From Octopus sinensis (taxonomy: Eukaryota): 64,000 nucleotides of DNA. A model generated the notes under the pieces. It was not told the origin of the DNA and searched no databases. It saw nothing but the letters and a program-made list of their open reading frames with translations. Positions within the stretch are counted from its first letter, which is position 1, and the number at the start of each line of letters is the position of its first letter. The position numbers and the translations under genes were made by a program. Of the stretch, positions 13,647-27,329 are shown in pieces. The stretch is from NCBI RefSeq assembly GCF_006345805.1, contig NC_043008.1, positions 56,172,001-56,236,000 of the forward strand, in the 5' to 3' direction.

Positions 13647-14349
13647 TAATAATAATAATGGTAATACTGATAATGATCAAAATCATTTTTATTATTATTA
13701 CTATTATTATTATTATTTATATTATTTCTTATATAATGCATGGTTGTCTTTTTTTTCTTTGTTATTATAGAATGAAATATTTCTAAAAATTCACTGAGAT
13801 CGGATGCTGCCAAATTTTTTTTTTTCTTTTTGTGTATTTTTCCTTCTTACTCCCTGATTATGTTCTTCATCCATTGCATTGAAAAATCTGATTATTATTT
13901 TTTTTTTGGTCTGTCTGTGTGTCTGTTGAGACTCTGTAGAAGATCTGTGATATTCCTTTGGTTTGGTTTGGTTTGGTTTCCTGTATTCCTTTTCATTCTT
14001 CCATTGTGTTCTTTCACACCGAGAACATGTGATGCACCATCGTCTCTGCACCTTGCATTTTGTTTGCACATTCTTCCTTTCAACAACACCTCAGTTTGTG
14101 ATGCTCCCACTGACCTCTATGTTTGATGTTATTTTCTTTGTTGTTCTTCTTTTTTCTAATACTCTTTTTTTTTACTGAATATCTAACATGATATGTGTAT
14201 ATTTGTAAAGATGTATGTGTGTGTATATATACAAACGTATACCTACACACAGACACATACAAATATACATATATATATATATATACTCACAAGCATAAAT
14301 ACAACACACCCATGTATGAAAACGTATATATATGTATATACACACACAG

Positions 14350-14400
<51 letters not shown>

Positions 14401-14701
14401 ATATATATACATACATACACACACACAGATATATATAATACAGTTATACAGATATATATATATACACACAGATAGCACTCTAAAGCTCTGGATCAGTAAT
14501 ATATATTTTTGGAAGTTAAAAGTCGTGGCCGGTCATAGAGTGACCATTGGCTATGCACCTATAAAGTGCTTAGCAGTATAGGCGACTCATCAGACATTTG
14601 AGTCCAATGAATTGTCTATACTGATGAGTCATTTAAAAACCAATGGTCACTCTGTGACTGCCATGACTTTTAACTTCCTAAAATATATATGTATATATGC
14701 A

Positions 14702-14779
<78 letters not shown>

Positions 14780-14803
14780 ATATATATACACACATGCACA
14801 TAC

Positions 14804-14860
<57 letters not shown>

Positions 14861-15848
14861 CTGTGTGTATGTATGTATTGTATATATATATATATATAAA
14901 TGCACATGCACACATATGTAGGATTTTGTTACACACCACTGGTCACAGTGCGCTTCACATCATTTTTACTTTTAAATGATATCGCTTTCCTGGTTAGGTG
15001 TGCTGGCCAGCATTTCCTTGAACTGAGCACCAGTCTGTCGCATGCAGGGTCAACCACTTACAGCCTAGTAGACTGGAGCAATGTTGAGTAAAGTGTTTTG
15101 CTCAAGAACACAACTCACGACCATGATGTCGCAATTGTGAAATGCAACTCCCTAACTACTGGGCCATGTGCCTCCACACTCACATGCACTCACCCGCACA
15201 CAATATTTGAATAATAACTGGTTGTTTGATAAACTAAACTGCCTAGTCATTATTGGATTTGTGTGTTAGTGGTTGAGTATTCCAGAGACAAACATGCCTT
15301 TAAAGTAGTCTTTGGGGATGCAAAATCAGCATTGCACAGCATATGGTTAGGTTATAATTTTGAATTACGGATACAATCCATGTATCAAGTTTCAGCACAG
15401 TTTCCACCTGCATACTTCCACCTACTAGGGTTGGGTGGGCCAAAGTCTGTTATAAAAGACATATGCCCAAGGTTCTGTGCTGTAGGAGTGAATCCAAAAA
15501 TCTTGTGAGTGTGAACTGAACTCCTTAACCATTTCATACATTTCATACATTGTCATCATCATCATCATCATCATCATCGTTGTTGTTGTTGTCGTCTTCA
15601 TCATCATCATCATCATCACCATCTTTATGTCCACTTTCCTGTATTTGCATGGATCAGACAGAATTTTGTGAGGCAGGTTTTCTATGGTTCGGTGCCTTTC
15701 CTGTCATCAATCCTCAACTGTTCCCATGCAATGTAATATTTTCTCCCATGCCAAGACATATTCTCACAGAATAATGGAAATGAATGATACTGCTTGTATG
15801 TCAGTGACACTCATTTACAGCTATCACTCAGTGTCAAGATAAAGGTAT

Positions 15849-15929
<81 letters not shown>

Positions 15930-16534
15930 CAATAGGCTTTTTTCAACTTCCGTCTACCAGGCTCTGGTTCATCTTGGGCTTATAGTAAAAGGCACTTGCC
16001 CATGGTACCATGCGGTGGGATTGAACTGAAAACCATTGGTTAATAACCCACCTCCTACCTCCCACATTTCAAATAGCCTCCTCTCTTGTACTCAGATATG
16101 TGGAAACATCTACATAGTTGTTTGACCAGCTAGATATAGCAGCGAAATGCCTCTTTTAACCATACTTGATCTAGTTAACAAAAGAGAGGACACATTAAAC
16201 AATGTAGTTATGCAGTAGGTGATGAACTTGGAGTGGGATGGTCGTGGTTAGAATGCTTTTGATTGTCCAACCACTTTGTCAAAGCTAACCTGGGGCTGGA
16301 CTAGAAAACTTACCATAAGTGAATATGTGAGGGTTGACTCATAGGTCCATAGTAAAAAACACCCACTACACTCGCGGAGTGGTTGGCGTTAGGAAGGGCA
16401 TCCAGCCGTAGAAACACTGCCAGATCTGACTGGGCCTGACGAAGCCTTCCAGCTTCACAGACCCCAGTTGACCCGTCCAACCCATGCTAGCATGGAAAGC
16501 GGACGCTAAACGATGATGATGATGATGATGATGA

Positions 16535-17045
16535 TAGGCCTAGTAGATCATAACAGCAATGTTTGATCATGCATCTGCTATGACATATTTGTAATATGTT
16601 GAATCATAAGTGTGCTGGATCATAGCTGCAGTAACCTTGACGATAGGTCTCCTAGGTCGTAAACATAGTATCTCTGATCATAGGCCTAGTAGATCATAGC
16701 TGCAATGCATTTGATCATACATCTGCTATGACATATCATAGGTTTGTTAGATCATAGCTGCAGTATCCTTGACTATCGGTTTCCTAGGTCATAGCTGCAA
16801 TATCTTTGGTCATAGGCCAAGTAGATCAGAGCTGAAATATCTCTTATCATAGATCTGCTTGACCAAAGCTGCAACAATTTTCATCATAAATCTTCTCGGT
16901 CATAGCTGCAGTATTTTTGATCATAGATCTGTTTGGTCATTGCTGCTGTCTGATCATAGACCTGCTTGGATAGTGCAGGGCCTTTGATCTATGAGCCACT
17001 TGATCATAGATGCGGTACTTTTGGTTACTGCTAGATCAAAACTGA
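16535..17045. repeat. Degenerate minisatellite (gatcatagctgca / gatcataggcc units)
   Basis: Direct inspection. Confidence 0.8.
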
Positions 17046-17288
17046 TATGAGGTTAAATAAGAATGGTAACAAAATAATAAATATCCAATGCTAAATAAAA
17101 TATTTGCTGTTATTAATTCTGATATTCAAAATTGGTCCCTATTGTCAGAACTGATCCCTGTTTTTAAAGATTTGAAGAAATGGCTGCTATTTTTAACCAT
17201 TTTGAGTGTCTCTGTCGAGCTGTCCTTTTTGCTTGAATGGCAAGATTTTAAGTACAGGTTTACATGCTAGTGTTATTATTACCATATA

Positions 17289-17688
17289 CTAGCAGTATTG
17301 CCTGGCGTTGCTTGGGTTTTTTTTTTTTTTCGACCCTTTAGAATTGGAATTTTTGCAAAGTAAAAATTTTGCATTATGTAGCTTGTTATTCTCATTAAGT
17401 GAACATTTTTCTGGTTGAAATACATCAAAAAATGGTGACACAGCAGTCAAAAAAATTTTTCAAATTGGGATTTTCATAGAAAAAAAAGCACCTTTTTAAT
17501 GTAAATAATTTTTGGTGTTAACATGGTCCGACTTGAATTTTATCTTCTACGGAATGAAGAGCAAGTCTTCTTCTATCATACTCTCAATTTTGGTCAACTT
17601 GCATCGCAGGGTCTCGGAGGAGATAGTGTTAGTTGAAGGCTACCAAACCTGCGATACACAGACAACTTCAGCTTTATATATATAGAGA
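17289..17688 (-). mobile_element. Non-autonomous Helitron (~400 bp)
   Basis: Minus strand begins TC(TCTATATATATAAAG), ends in a GC-rich imperfect subterminal hairpin plus CTAG, sits between A and T, and has no TSD. Confidence 0.8.
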
Positions 17689-18194
17689 TTATGTGTTGAC
17701 CAAAGTACAAGTACCTTTAGCATTTGCATTACAACTTCTAGTTAAGTTAATATTGGAAGAAAGAAAACTTCAAACTCAGTATGAATCAAAAGGATGTAAA
17801 CAATTGGATCAATGCTTAAATCTAAACAAAAGGGGCAGGGGAGATAACTCCATGCCTTGAATATTCATAATAGGATGACAATAATATTTCAATTTATATT
17901 AGAAGTTGGTGTGCAATGTGGGGTATAAACGTTAGCATAAGGGCTAAAAAGGTGTAAAATGAAGTAGGGCAGAGCAAAGTCTGCATAAGATTTACATAAA
18001 ATTTTAGAGAGCAGAGAATAAACACCAGCACAAGGGTTAGATATGCCTGCAGTGATAGGAAATAAGGCTTTTACACATTGAGTTATATACGTATGTGTTG
18101 AGAGGAAATGAATATTAGCCATTAGGGCTAAATTGGCTTACAGTGAGAAGCAGTGGTGGAGGGCATTAACATGAGTTAAATTGGCATAGAGAAT

Positions 18195-18430
18195 GATGGC
18201 GAGCTGGAAGAAACGTTAGCACTCCAGGCAAAATGCTTAACGGTATTTCGTCTGCCGTTACATTCTGAGTTCAAATTCCGCCGAAGTCGACTTCTCCTTT
18301 CATCCTTTTGGGTGTCGATAAATTAAGTACCAGTTATGCACTGGGATTGATGTAATCAACTTAATCCCTTTGTCTGTCCTTGTTTGTCCCCTCTACGTTT
18401 AGCCCCTTGTGGGCAATAAACAAATAAGAA
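18195..18430 (+). mobile_element. SINE family A
   Basis: Same head, core and tail as other family A copies. Confidence 0.85.
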
Positions 18431-18869
18431 AGGGAGAACACTGGCTCAAAAATTAAACAGGTACACAATAAGAAGAGTACATTTTCTCAAGGGTTAACTC
18501 TTAAACTGCTGTGCCACAAGTAATCACAACTGTCATTGGGTCTTGGACTGCGCATAACCAAAATTCAAAGGGCCAAATAGCTGGAACTAAAAAAACTCCT
18601 CTGTACTAGAGGCAAAATTTAGCCTCATTTTAAAAAGAACTTCCCCGTGAAAAGACTTCCTGTTGGCACCAGGTATGTGTGTATTTGTTGTTCATTCAGT
18701 GGATTTCTTCTTTTGATCTTCAAGGATCATGATGTGTATAGTTCAAGTCAGGGAGTTAGAATTCAGTGATATTAATGATATCATTACAGAATGAGTGCTT
18801 GGACTTGGAGAAAATACGTGTAACAGGATGTAAGGCCTCTGGAACACTTGAGGGGCGCAGGTCTTATCC

Positions 18870-19268
18870 CGTTACGTTAAATTATTTGTCGAAGGAAAAC
18901 CAAAACTTCGAATATCTTCAACAGCATAAATAATATTTATTTTTCTGGATTCGCAATAATATATATACATATATTTCCTTCAGGGCGAACCGGTAGCCAT
19001 TGGGAGCTAGTCACAGCAGTTAAATTGTGTGAGCCAAATGCTGTCTAGTTCCAGTGTAGAGTAGCTTTGCCACGTGTTGGCTTGCTTGGGAGAGCCGTGA
19101 GGACGCGTCCGTTCATTTCGGCTGCAGCTTCGAAAGAGATCGATACAGCGGGAAATCTTGCTGTTGGTAGTTCTCTGCACATGCGCATGAAGGAACTTCT
19201 GGCGGCCTACCAGAAGAAATCCAACTCTGCGCATGCGCGCTGAAAACTTCCAAAATGGCATCACTACA
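18870..19268 (-). mobile_element. Probable solo LTR
   Basis: ~400-bp CpG-rich island; minus strand starts TGTAGTGA and ends GTAACG (CA variant), with AATAAA near the 3' end. TSD not clear. Confidence 0.4.
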
Positions 19269-20331
19269 TACACATATTTTAGTGTAATCTGAACACTAAA
19301 TCTGTAACCTGAGTGACATTGGGATTTATCAATTGTGACTGGGAGTAGAGTGATGATATAGTTGATCCTTGTATTAACACTTTCATTAGTGATGTGGGCT
19401 CTACAAAATCTTTGAACTTAGAAACAAAACCTCTTGAGTATCTCCAACTTTTCCATAATGGAATTATCCTCAGGATGAGCTATGAGACCACAGGATATGC
19501 ACATCTACAAGGAACAGCACCTTCATTAACTCAATGGAGAAAATGAAGGCATATGTCAGTGCTTTTTCTCTAATGAGATGTGTGCAACTTTCAGGTCAGA
19601 GAGGCTACAAGAGCACAAATTCAGTTATGAGACAGGAAACCCAAGAAGCAATATCTTGTAAATATATGAAAATATTTTATCAAATTCTAGTCAAATTATC
19701 TCTAATTATCTCTGGGGCTGGTGACAGTGACATGACAGGTAAAGTTTATAGCATACAACCAACAGTTATTACATCCTATCACCAGGTTTCACTGAAATTT
19801 ATGTAGTAGTTTTATAAATATGATTTCTATAGTGGACCAACTGCATTTTTGGGAAAATCTTTAGTTTCTAACAGGATTGGGGAGATTAGCATAGAGAAAT
19901 TGCTGCTAGTGTTTGAGAGGTAAACAAGTATGTAGTGAGAAGAAATAAATAAGTAGCTCATGAGTTAAATAGGCTTTCAGTGTGATGGGGAACAGCACAA
20001 GGGTTGAATAAGCATACAGTAATAGGGACTAAATTGTAGACATATTTTTATGTGGAGAGCATGAAAATGCTGAGCAGAAAACTTCGTAAACACTAGGGCA
20101 TAATTACATTCCTTTAGACTGTTTGCTTGTGTTCCTTCAATCCTAAATCCCAGATTCTTTGCAGCTTTGCATTGCATTATTTAAGTGATTCATTGCATTG
20201 GTACACAAGTCAAGATTTATATGTAAAAAAAAAAAAATGCAGTGCAGCTCCATTATATAGGAGTTGTTAGGGGTCCACAAATATCATTGTGGAACCACAT
20301 TAAATCTGGGTTCAAGAGAAATCCAGGGATA

Positions 20332-20750
20332 AGGCAGCAAGCTGGCAGAAACGTTAGCATGCCGGGCAAAATGCTAAGCGGTATTTCATCTGCTGTTACA
20401 TTCTGAGTTCAAATTCCGCTGAGGTCGACTTTGCCTTTCATCCTTTTGGGGTCGATAAATTAAGTACCAGTTATGCACTGGGGTCGATACAATCGACTTA
20501 ATCCATTTGTCTGTCCTTGTTTCTCCTCTCTCTGTTTAGCCCCTTGTGGGTAGTAAAGAAATAGGTATTTTGTCTGCTGCTAAGTTCTGAGTTTGAATTC
20601 CGCCGAGGTCGACTTTGCCTATCATCCTTTCAGAGTCGATAAATTAAGTACCAGTTATGCACTGGGGTCGATGTAATCGACTTAATCCCTTTGTCTGTCC
20701 TTGTTTGTCCCCTCTATGTTTAGCCCCTTGTGGGCAATAAATAAATAAGA
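20332..20750 (+). mobile_element. SINE family A with tandem duplication of its 3' two-thirds
   Basis: Full copy followed directly by a second ggtattt...tail unit. Confidence 0.85.
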
Positions 20751-21349
20751 ATTATCGAGGAATTAGTCTGGGGCATGTTATGACAGGGCTGCACCATGCT
20801 TTTAATCCCAGCATCATTCTGAAACAAACGTGCCACCTTCTCTACCCACCTTACAGCAACCCCCATATTTGATCCCCTACAGCAGCTGTTACAACTTCTT
20901 TCTTGCTCTTGTCAACTTACCCATGTTTTTTTTTAAATATATATATAAATATATATGTTTTTTTTCTTCACAGCAGCTTTAAAAATGATGATGATATGAA
21001 TGTTCCAGACATTAAAAAAATTCCCTTGTTGATTTTGATCCTCCCTACTTGCCCCTATAATTGTTCTTTTATTATTTGGACTCATTAGACTGAGGTACCA
21101 GCATTCAGTGGATTTTTTCTATCCCTTTTTTAAAATTTTTTTTTTATTTGAAGTGGAATATATCAGAATCAGTATTTTCTCATATTTAATTTTATCAACC
21201 TTGGATAACGAAGAATGAAATGAATTAGGGAAATGGGCATAAGGGGAGGTAACTGAAAGGAAATTCTGAATGCCCCTAATTTTTGAGGTGAATTTATTCC
21301 AGTAAATACGTTGGTGTATCCTGATGAGGTGCAGAGTTATCTCTCTTAT

Positions 21350-21541
21350 TTATTCTTTTACTTGTTCCAGTCATTTGACTGTGGCCATGCTGGAACACCG
21401 CCTTGAAGGGTTGTAGTCAAACAAATCAACCCCAGGATTTTTTTTTTAAAAGCCTAGTACTTATTCAAACAGTCTCTTTTGCTGAACCACTAAGTTGGGA
21501 TGTAAACACAGCAGCACAGACACAAAGACACACACACACAC

Positions 21542-21599
<58 letters not shown>

Positions 21600-21750
21600 T
21601 ATATATATATACATATACATACACACTTGATGGGCTTCTTTCAGTTTCTGTCTACCACTCACAAGGCTTTGGTCAGCCTGAGGCTATAATAGAAGATACT
21701 TGCCCAAGATGCCATGCAGTGGGACTGAACCCAGAACCATGTGGTTGGGA
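21350..21750 (-). mobile_element. SINE family B
   Basis: Colinear with 8935-9310. Confidence 0.8.
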
Positions 21751-21918
21751 ATCAATGTCAAGTATTTTTTCCCTCTCAATGTTAATTTATTTATATTTGT
21801 CATTTTAATGCTTCCGCTGTCAAATGTATTAACACTAATACATTTATCCATCTGTCCATCCAGTCAAAAAATTGGGGGGTTCAATAAAAACACCTTGTAA
21901 TATTTGTAAAGCAAAACA

Positions 21919-22135
21919 AGGTGGTAAGCTGGCAGAAACGTTAGCACACCGGGCAAAATGCTTAGTGGTATTTCGTCTGTCTACATTCTGAGTTCAAATT
22001 CTGCTGAGGTCAACTTTGCTTTTCATCCTTTTGGGGTTGATAAATTAAGTACCAGTTGCATACTGGGGTCAATGTAATTGACTGGCCTCCACCTCCCCCA
22101 AAGTTTTGGGCTTTGTGCCTAGAGTAGAAAAGAAT
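21919..22135 (+). mobile_element. SINE family A, alternative tail
   Basis: Same head and core; tail ...gggctttgtgcctagagtagaaaaga. Similar copies at 27615-27905, 35660-36010 and 50060-50285. Confidence 0.8.
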
Positions 22136-22519
22136 ATTGCTCTCATCCCTATTGTTGAGTCATAATTTAATTACCTCCCTATAAACCAAGTATGTGTCCC
22201 TTTTGTTTCTTATAGTTCTGATAAAATATTTACCAAAGTATCAGGAAGGGGGTTAATATAATCTACTTCAAAAAAAAAAAAAAAGTTGGGAGGAAAAATC
22301 CCTGAATTTGGTTTCCAGGAATGGCCACAGGCCTACTAAAATGAGAAGTGAAAATAATACAAGTTTATGTAAAAGTAAAAGTTCTTCCTTTGTTCTGAAA
22401 TCTTACATCATTTTCTGAGATGACTTAATATAAATTACACCTTGTTTTAATGATAAAATATGTCTGTCTGTTGCTGTTTTATCTCTAACTTCTTTCTTGT
22501 CATATACCTTTATTTTGAT

Positions 22520-22960
22520 GATCAAATGTTTCACCCTATTTCTGTTACATCTGAAACCCCTTTTTTGCTCCAACTCCTTAATTTAATCATCAAAATATTT
22601 CATTGTTTCTGTTGCATTTCTTATTCCTTTCTTGTCTCAACCCTTAATTTGATCTTCAAATACTTTCACCTTGTGTCTCTTTTATTTCTGTTCCCTTTTT
22701 TGCTACCATCCTTAATTTGATCCCCAAATATTTCACTGTTTCTGTTATGTTTCTAACCCCTTTCTTGTCACAACCCTTAATTTGATCATCAAATATTTTC
22801 ACCCTGCTTCTCTTTTATTTCTAACCCCTTTTATTTCCTCCACTCTTAATTTTATCACCAAATATTTCACCCCTTTCTTATCACAACTTTTGTTTTGATG
22901 GTCACCTATTTCACTCCTTATCTGTTGCATTTCTAACCCATTTTTTGTCACAACCCTTAT
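22520..22960. repeat. Degenerate ~65-bp tandem repeat
   Basis: Repeated caacccttaatttgatcatcaaatatttca...gtttct units. Confidence 0.75.
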
Positions 22961-23280
22961 GAGAAACAAAGTTAAATGAACCATGAAAAGAGTCTCTAAA
23001 CCTGCTAGAAATATCAGCCAAATCTCTCTCAAATCATAACCAGCTGTTATCAAAATAGGATTTTAAAAAAAGGGAATAAATCTCCTTTCCAAGTCATACA
23101 AACTCTTCCAGGTTTTTGTGGTTATATATTCCCTTCTGGATGGGACACCAGTCCATTGTAGGTTTATGCGTCTTTGCCAGATGAGTGGACCGGAGCAACA
23201 TGAAATTGCCCAAGTCAGCCTTGACCAAGCATGATCAAATCCAGTGATCAAATCCATTTCAACCATGACTGCCCAATTCT

Positions 23281-23510
23281 TATTTCTTTATTGCCCACAA
23301 GGGGCTAAACGTAGAGGGGACAAACAAGGACAGACAAAGGGATTAAGTCAATTACATCGACCCCAGTGTGTAACTGGTACTTAATTTATCGACCCTGAAA
23401 GGATGAAAAGCAAAGTCGACCTCGGCGGAATTTGAACTCAGAATGTAACGGCAGACGAAATATCGCTAAGCATTTCGCCCGGTGTGCTAACGTTTCTGCC
23501 AGCTCGCCGT
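23281..23510 (-). mobile_element. SINE family A
   Basis: Near-consensus copy with 15-bp TSD tgactgccca(a/g)ttct at 23266 and 23512. Confidence 0.9.
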
Positions 23511-24274
23511 CTGACTGCCCAGTTCTGTAACTTGAGGGTATGCCCTGACACATTTTTACCACCAACGTCTCCCTCCTTCAACTGGGGTAACTAAATATCT
23601 CTCACACAGCAAGTCATCTGTTTCTATGCCCCTATCATATTTAGCTTAAAGCCACCTCCCTCAGTACTATACATGCACCTCAGTTGTTGGGGTTGTGGGG
23701 CCTTGTCTTGTGAGCTACTTTGCGACTGCATTAGTGCCAATTGCCATATACAAAGCACTCAGTAAAATCTCTGAATCTGTTGGCATTAAGAAGGGCATCC
23801 AGCTGTAAAAACTATGCCAAAGCAGATATTGGAGCTTGGTGCAGACCTCTGGCTAGCCAGGTCCAGTTGAACCATCCAACCCATACAAGCATGAAAAATG
23901 GATATTAAATAATGATGGTGGTGATGATGATGATTGTTAATTGCATCTGGGTTTGCTTTTATTTTTTTATTTTTTTTTATGGCAATAATGGGAATTTGAT
24001 GGGTGGGATTTGGTGGAGATTTGGTCACTATTTCTAGCAGCTTGAGTGAATGTATAAAAGCTCTCCTTTTGTACCTCTCCCTTTCTCTCCCTCTCCCTCT
24101 CTCTTGTTCCATTGCTTTTGTTATTTTTCCTTCATTTCTGGTGTGAAAGGAATGAGCTGGTGTTTCTTCTAAACCACTGAATGTTCTCACTCTATTTACC
24201 CCTTTTTTTTTGTTTGTTTGTTCTTCTTCATATTAAAAACCAAAAAGTATTCTTCTCTTTCTAAAATTTGGCAG

Positions 24275-24388
24275 ACATCTTCTCCCAGTGGATCGTACTC
24301 TTTGCCCTATGACGCACCTTTGCTGTTGACCATTTTGCTGCCATTACAGCACCATGGATTAAAGCATTCTCGAGTAGGTCCAAATCAA
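24275..24388 (+). CDS. Candidate alternatively spliced exon TSSPSGSYSLPYDAPLLLTILLPLQHHGLKHSR(VGPNQ); alternative acceptor at 24350 and alternative donor after 24373
   Basis: Acceptors ttggcag| (24274) and ccattacag| (24349); donors CGA|gtaggt (24374) and CAA|gtaaat (24389). All four combinations are phase 0-0 and stop-free, matching the phases of the flanking exons. Confidence 0.45.
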
Positions 24389-25331
24389 GTAAATGCCATG
24401 CATCTTAGATTTCTTTAATATCCAGTCCGTGTACATTTGGTGATGGTGCAACTTTGTAATGTTTTTAATCATTATTATTATTCATATTATTTTTCTTATT
24501 ATTAATTATTGTTATTATTGTTATTATAATATTGTTTGGTTGTTGTTGTTTAGCACAGAATGTATGTCTTAAAAAGAATAAATTGCCAATGTATCTTTAG
24601 AAATCTGTGTATGTATATACGTATGTATCTATATATATATATATATATATATGTGTATGTATATATATATGTATATGTATATATTGTATTGAAACATATG
24701 TTATGATGTACCTTTGGGTAAATATATAAATATACAAGATTTTAGCTGGCACTGCATGTGTTATATAAGTGGGTTAAATACAGAGGACAGTTGTCAAAGG
24801 ATGTTTTCAGTTGTCTTGTGTGTTTAACTTGGTTCAATTCACGAACTCTGTGTCAGCTGAAATTGGAGATTTCATCATCTGAAGTACATTACAGCATAAA
24901 AAAAAGGGGGAAAAAACACACACTGCTTAACACCTCATTTATTTATATAAACACACACACACACATATATACATATAATTTATTGTTATATTCTTTTGAA
25001 TTTCAATTAAAACAGACTCACAGCGCCTTGTTTTAATTTCACTAAATCTTTAGGATTTAGCCATTAACATTGGTTTTAAACCTCACCAGGAGCTAATCTT
25101 TTCGCTTTTTTTTTTAAACATAATTCATAGAGCAGGGATTGCTAGCCTAAATTCTTGCAAACTCACCCTTTATTTCTGTCTTGTGATCTTCAATCATTTC
25201 AGTTTACTTTGAGGTTTGCTCATTATTCATTTGAGACTTGTTATGAAATGAATAAATCTAACATGGTCTCATCATCACACAGTTCTTGCCTCCCTATAAA
25301 TCTTGGTGACATTTTGTCATCACAAACTTAA

Positions 25332-25814
25332 CCCTTTTATTTACCATATTTCAATTGATTTTGAAAGTAATGAAGAATTTAATAAAATAACTTTGCCATT
25401 ATTAAGTTGGGTTTTAGTACATAAATTAGCTTAAAATTTTGATGGAAGACTTTTGGCGATGTCAGTGCTGCCTGACTGGTTCCTTGTGTCAGTGTCATGT
25501 AAAAAGCACCATTCAAGTGGGGTCGTTGCCAGTGCTTTGACTGGCTCCCATGCCGGTGGCATCTAAAAAGCACCCACTACACTCTTGGAGTGGTTGGCGT
25601 TATGAAGGGCATCCAGCTGTAGAAACCTTGCCAGATCAGACTGGAGCCTGGTGCAGCCTCCCGGCTTACCAGTTCTCAGTCAAACTGTCCATTCCATGCC
25701 AGCATGGTAAGCAGACATTAAACAATGATGATGGTGATGATGATGATCACTTTAAAACTAGAAGTTTGTATTACAGAATCAGGGTCAGTTTCAGGCAGGT
25801 TAGTATCAAAAGGG
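25332..25814. mobile_element. piggyBac-type MITE with a nested SINE (about 25456-25750)
   Basis: TTAA-CCCTTTT...AAAAGGG-TTAA; internal similarity to 27110-27329; interrupted by a SINE ending in (GAT)n. Confidence 0.8.
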
Positions 25815-27109
25815 TTAATGTTATTAATCTTATTTTTCTCAGCAGCAATCACTGTTGAATAGATATATGCTCCTGGTGAACTAAATCTCTTACCTGGTTT
25901 TTCATCCTTGGTTGTAGTTATTTCACCTCATTCACATTGTTAAACTAACAGCCATGTGAAAAGGCATGCTTGTTACGCAATCCCCTTTTCCTGTCCCCTT
26001 TCATATGAATCTACCACTATTTAATCAAAGGCCTTGGAGCTTGGTCAAGAAATCCATTCTTTACCATTAAAAAACCTTGATCCTAAATAAGGAATTTTCC
26101 CCCTTTCAAAACCCCGAGCTCATGTAAAGTGACCCTTATGAAAATGAAATGGCTACACCTTTTTCTTCCCTTTTGTTTATAACCAAAACTTAAAACCCAA
26201 TTCCCTGATGTTAGTGATAACATCTGAATATATGATACCTTATTTATTGTATGGTACTGCTGTGTGTTTTTAGGGGTGTTGTACATTTTTGGTGATATTA
26301 TCAAAATATAGCATATTAATGTTATCACATTTTCTGTCATAAGGCTGCTGTGTGTTTTAGTAGTATTGTATGTCTGGTTTTTACCTTGGTTCTTTCTCAG
26401 GTATCACTAATAAACTATTTTTCTATTGCACCTGTTATTATTTTGCATGACAGCTGTTATTTCCTTTTTTTTTAATTGTTTCTTTTACTGGCATTTGATC
26501 ATTCAGCTGTGGCCATGCTGGAGCTCTTTCTTCAAAGGACTTATTTCTTTATTCATTTTTCTTAATATTGATTATTTTGTTTAGTACTTATTTTAGTAAT
26601 GTTTGTTGTACTGACCGAGTTAATTTTTGTCTTGTGGTGTAAAGGGGAGCTAACTCTGTCAGTAAATACCACAAGGTATTCTTGCTCATTCCAATTTACA
26701 TCAATATACATGTATGTGTGTACATACATACATACATCTATTCTTTACTTCATTTTATCATGAGACTACATCTTTGGTTGATCTTTCAACCTTTGTATAT
26801 ATTTCATATCAAATAGTGTGATATTTCATTTAACTTAACATTGTTATGCCTGTCTTTCATAATAGACTTGCCAAACTCTAAGCTACACTAATTTTAGTAA
26901 ATTAGTAGACATTAAAATTTTTATTTTTATTTTAGCTATTAGGTATCTAGCAAAATTGGTAGATCATTAGATAAAATGTCTAGCAATATTTAGTTTCGAT
27001 CCTTTATATTTCAAGTTCAAGACTTATTGAAGTTCACTTTGGTTTTCAGCTTTCATCTTACCCATTGTCGTTAACATAAAACACCATTGAAGTACAAAAG
27101 TCTTTTTAA

Positions 27110-27329
27110 CCCTTTCGTTGCTGTATTTATTTTGAGATGCTCTGTGTTTCTTCCAATTACTTTAAATATAACAAAAAATTTAGTAAAATAACTTGGTTGT
27201 CATTCAACTAGTGTTAGGAAGATAAACTGTAACTAAGGTTTGGTGGAAGATTTTAATTCAAAACTTCTGAAAACTAGACATTTATACTCAGAACCAGAGC
27301 CGGTTTCAGCCGGATTGGTAACGAAAGGG
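27110..27329. mobile_element. piggyBac-type MITE
   Basis: TTAA on both sides; TIRs CCCTTTCGTTGC / GTAACGAAAGGG. Confidence 0.9.

Noticed and set aside
14172-14979. YIYIYI / HTHTHT ORFs here and throughout the window
   Set aside because: Dinucleotide repeats lack stop codons; not coding.
21318-21345. Isolated CTGATGA boxes (also 39585 and 51378)
   Set aside because: No stem II, GAAA and stem I context; not counted as hammerheads.
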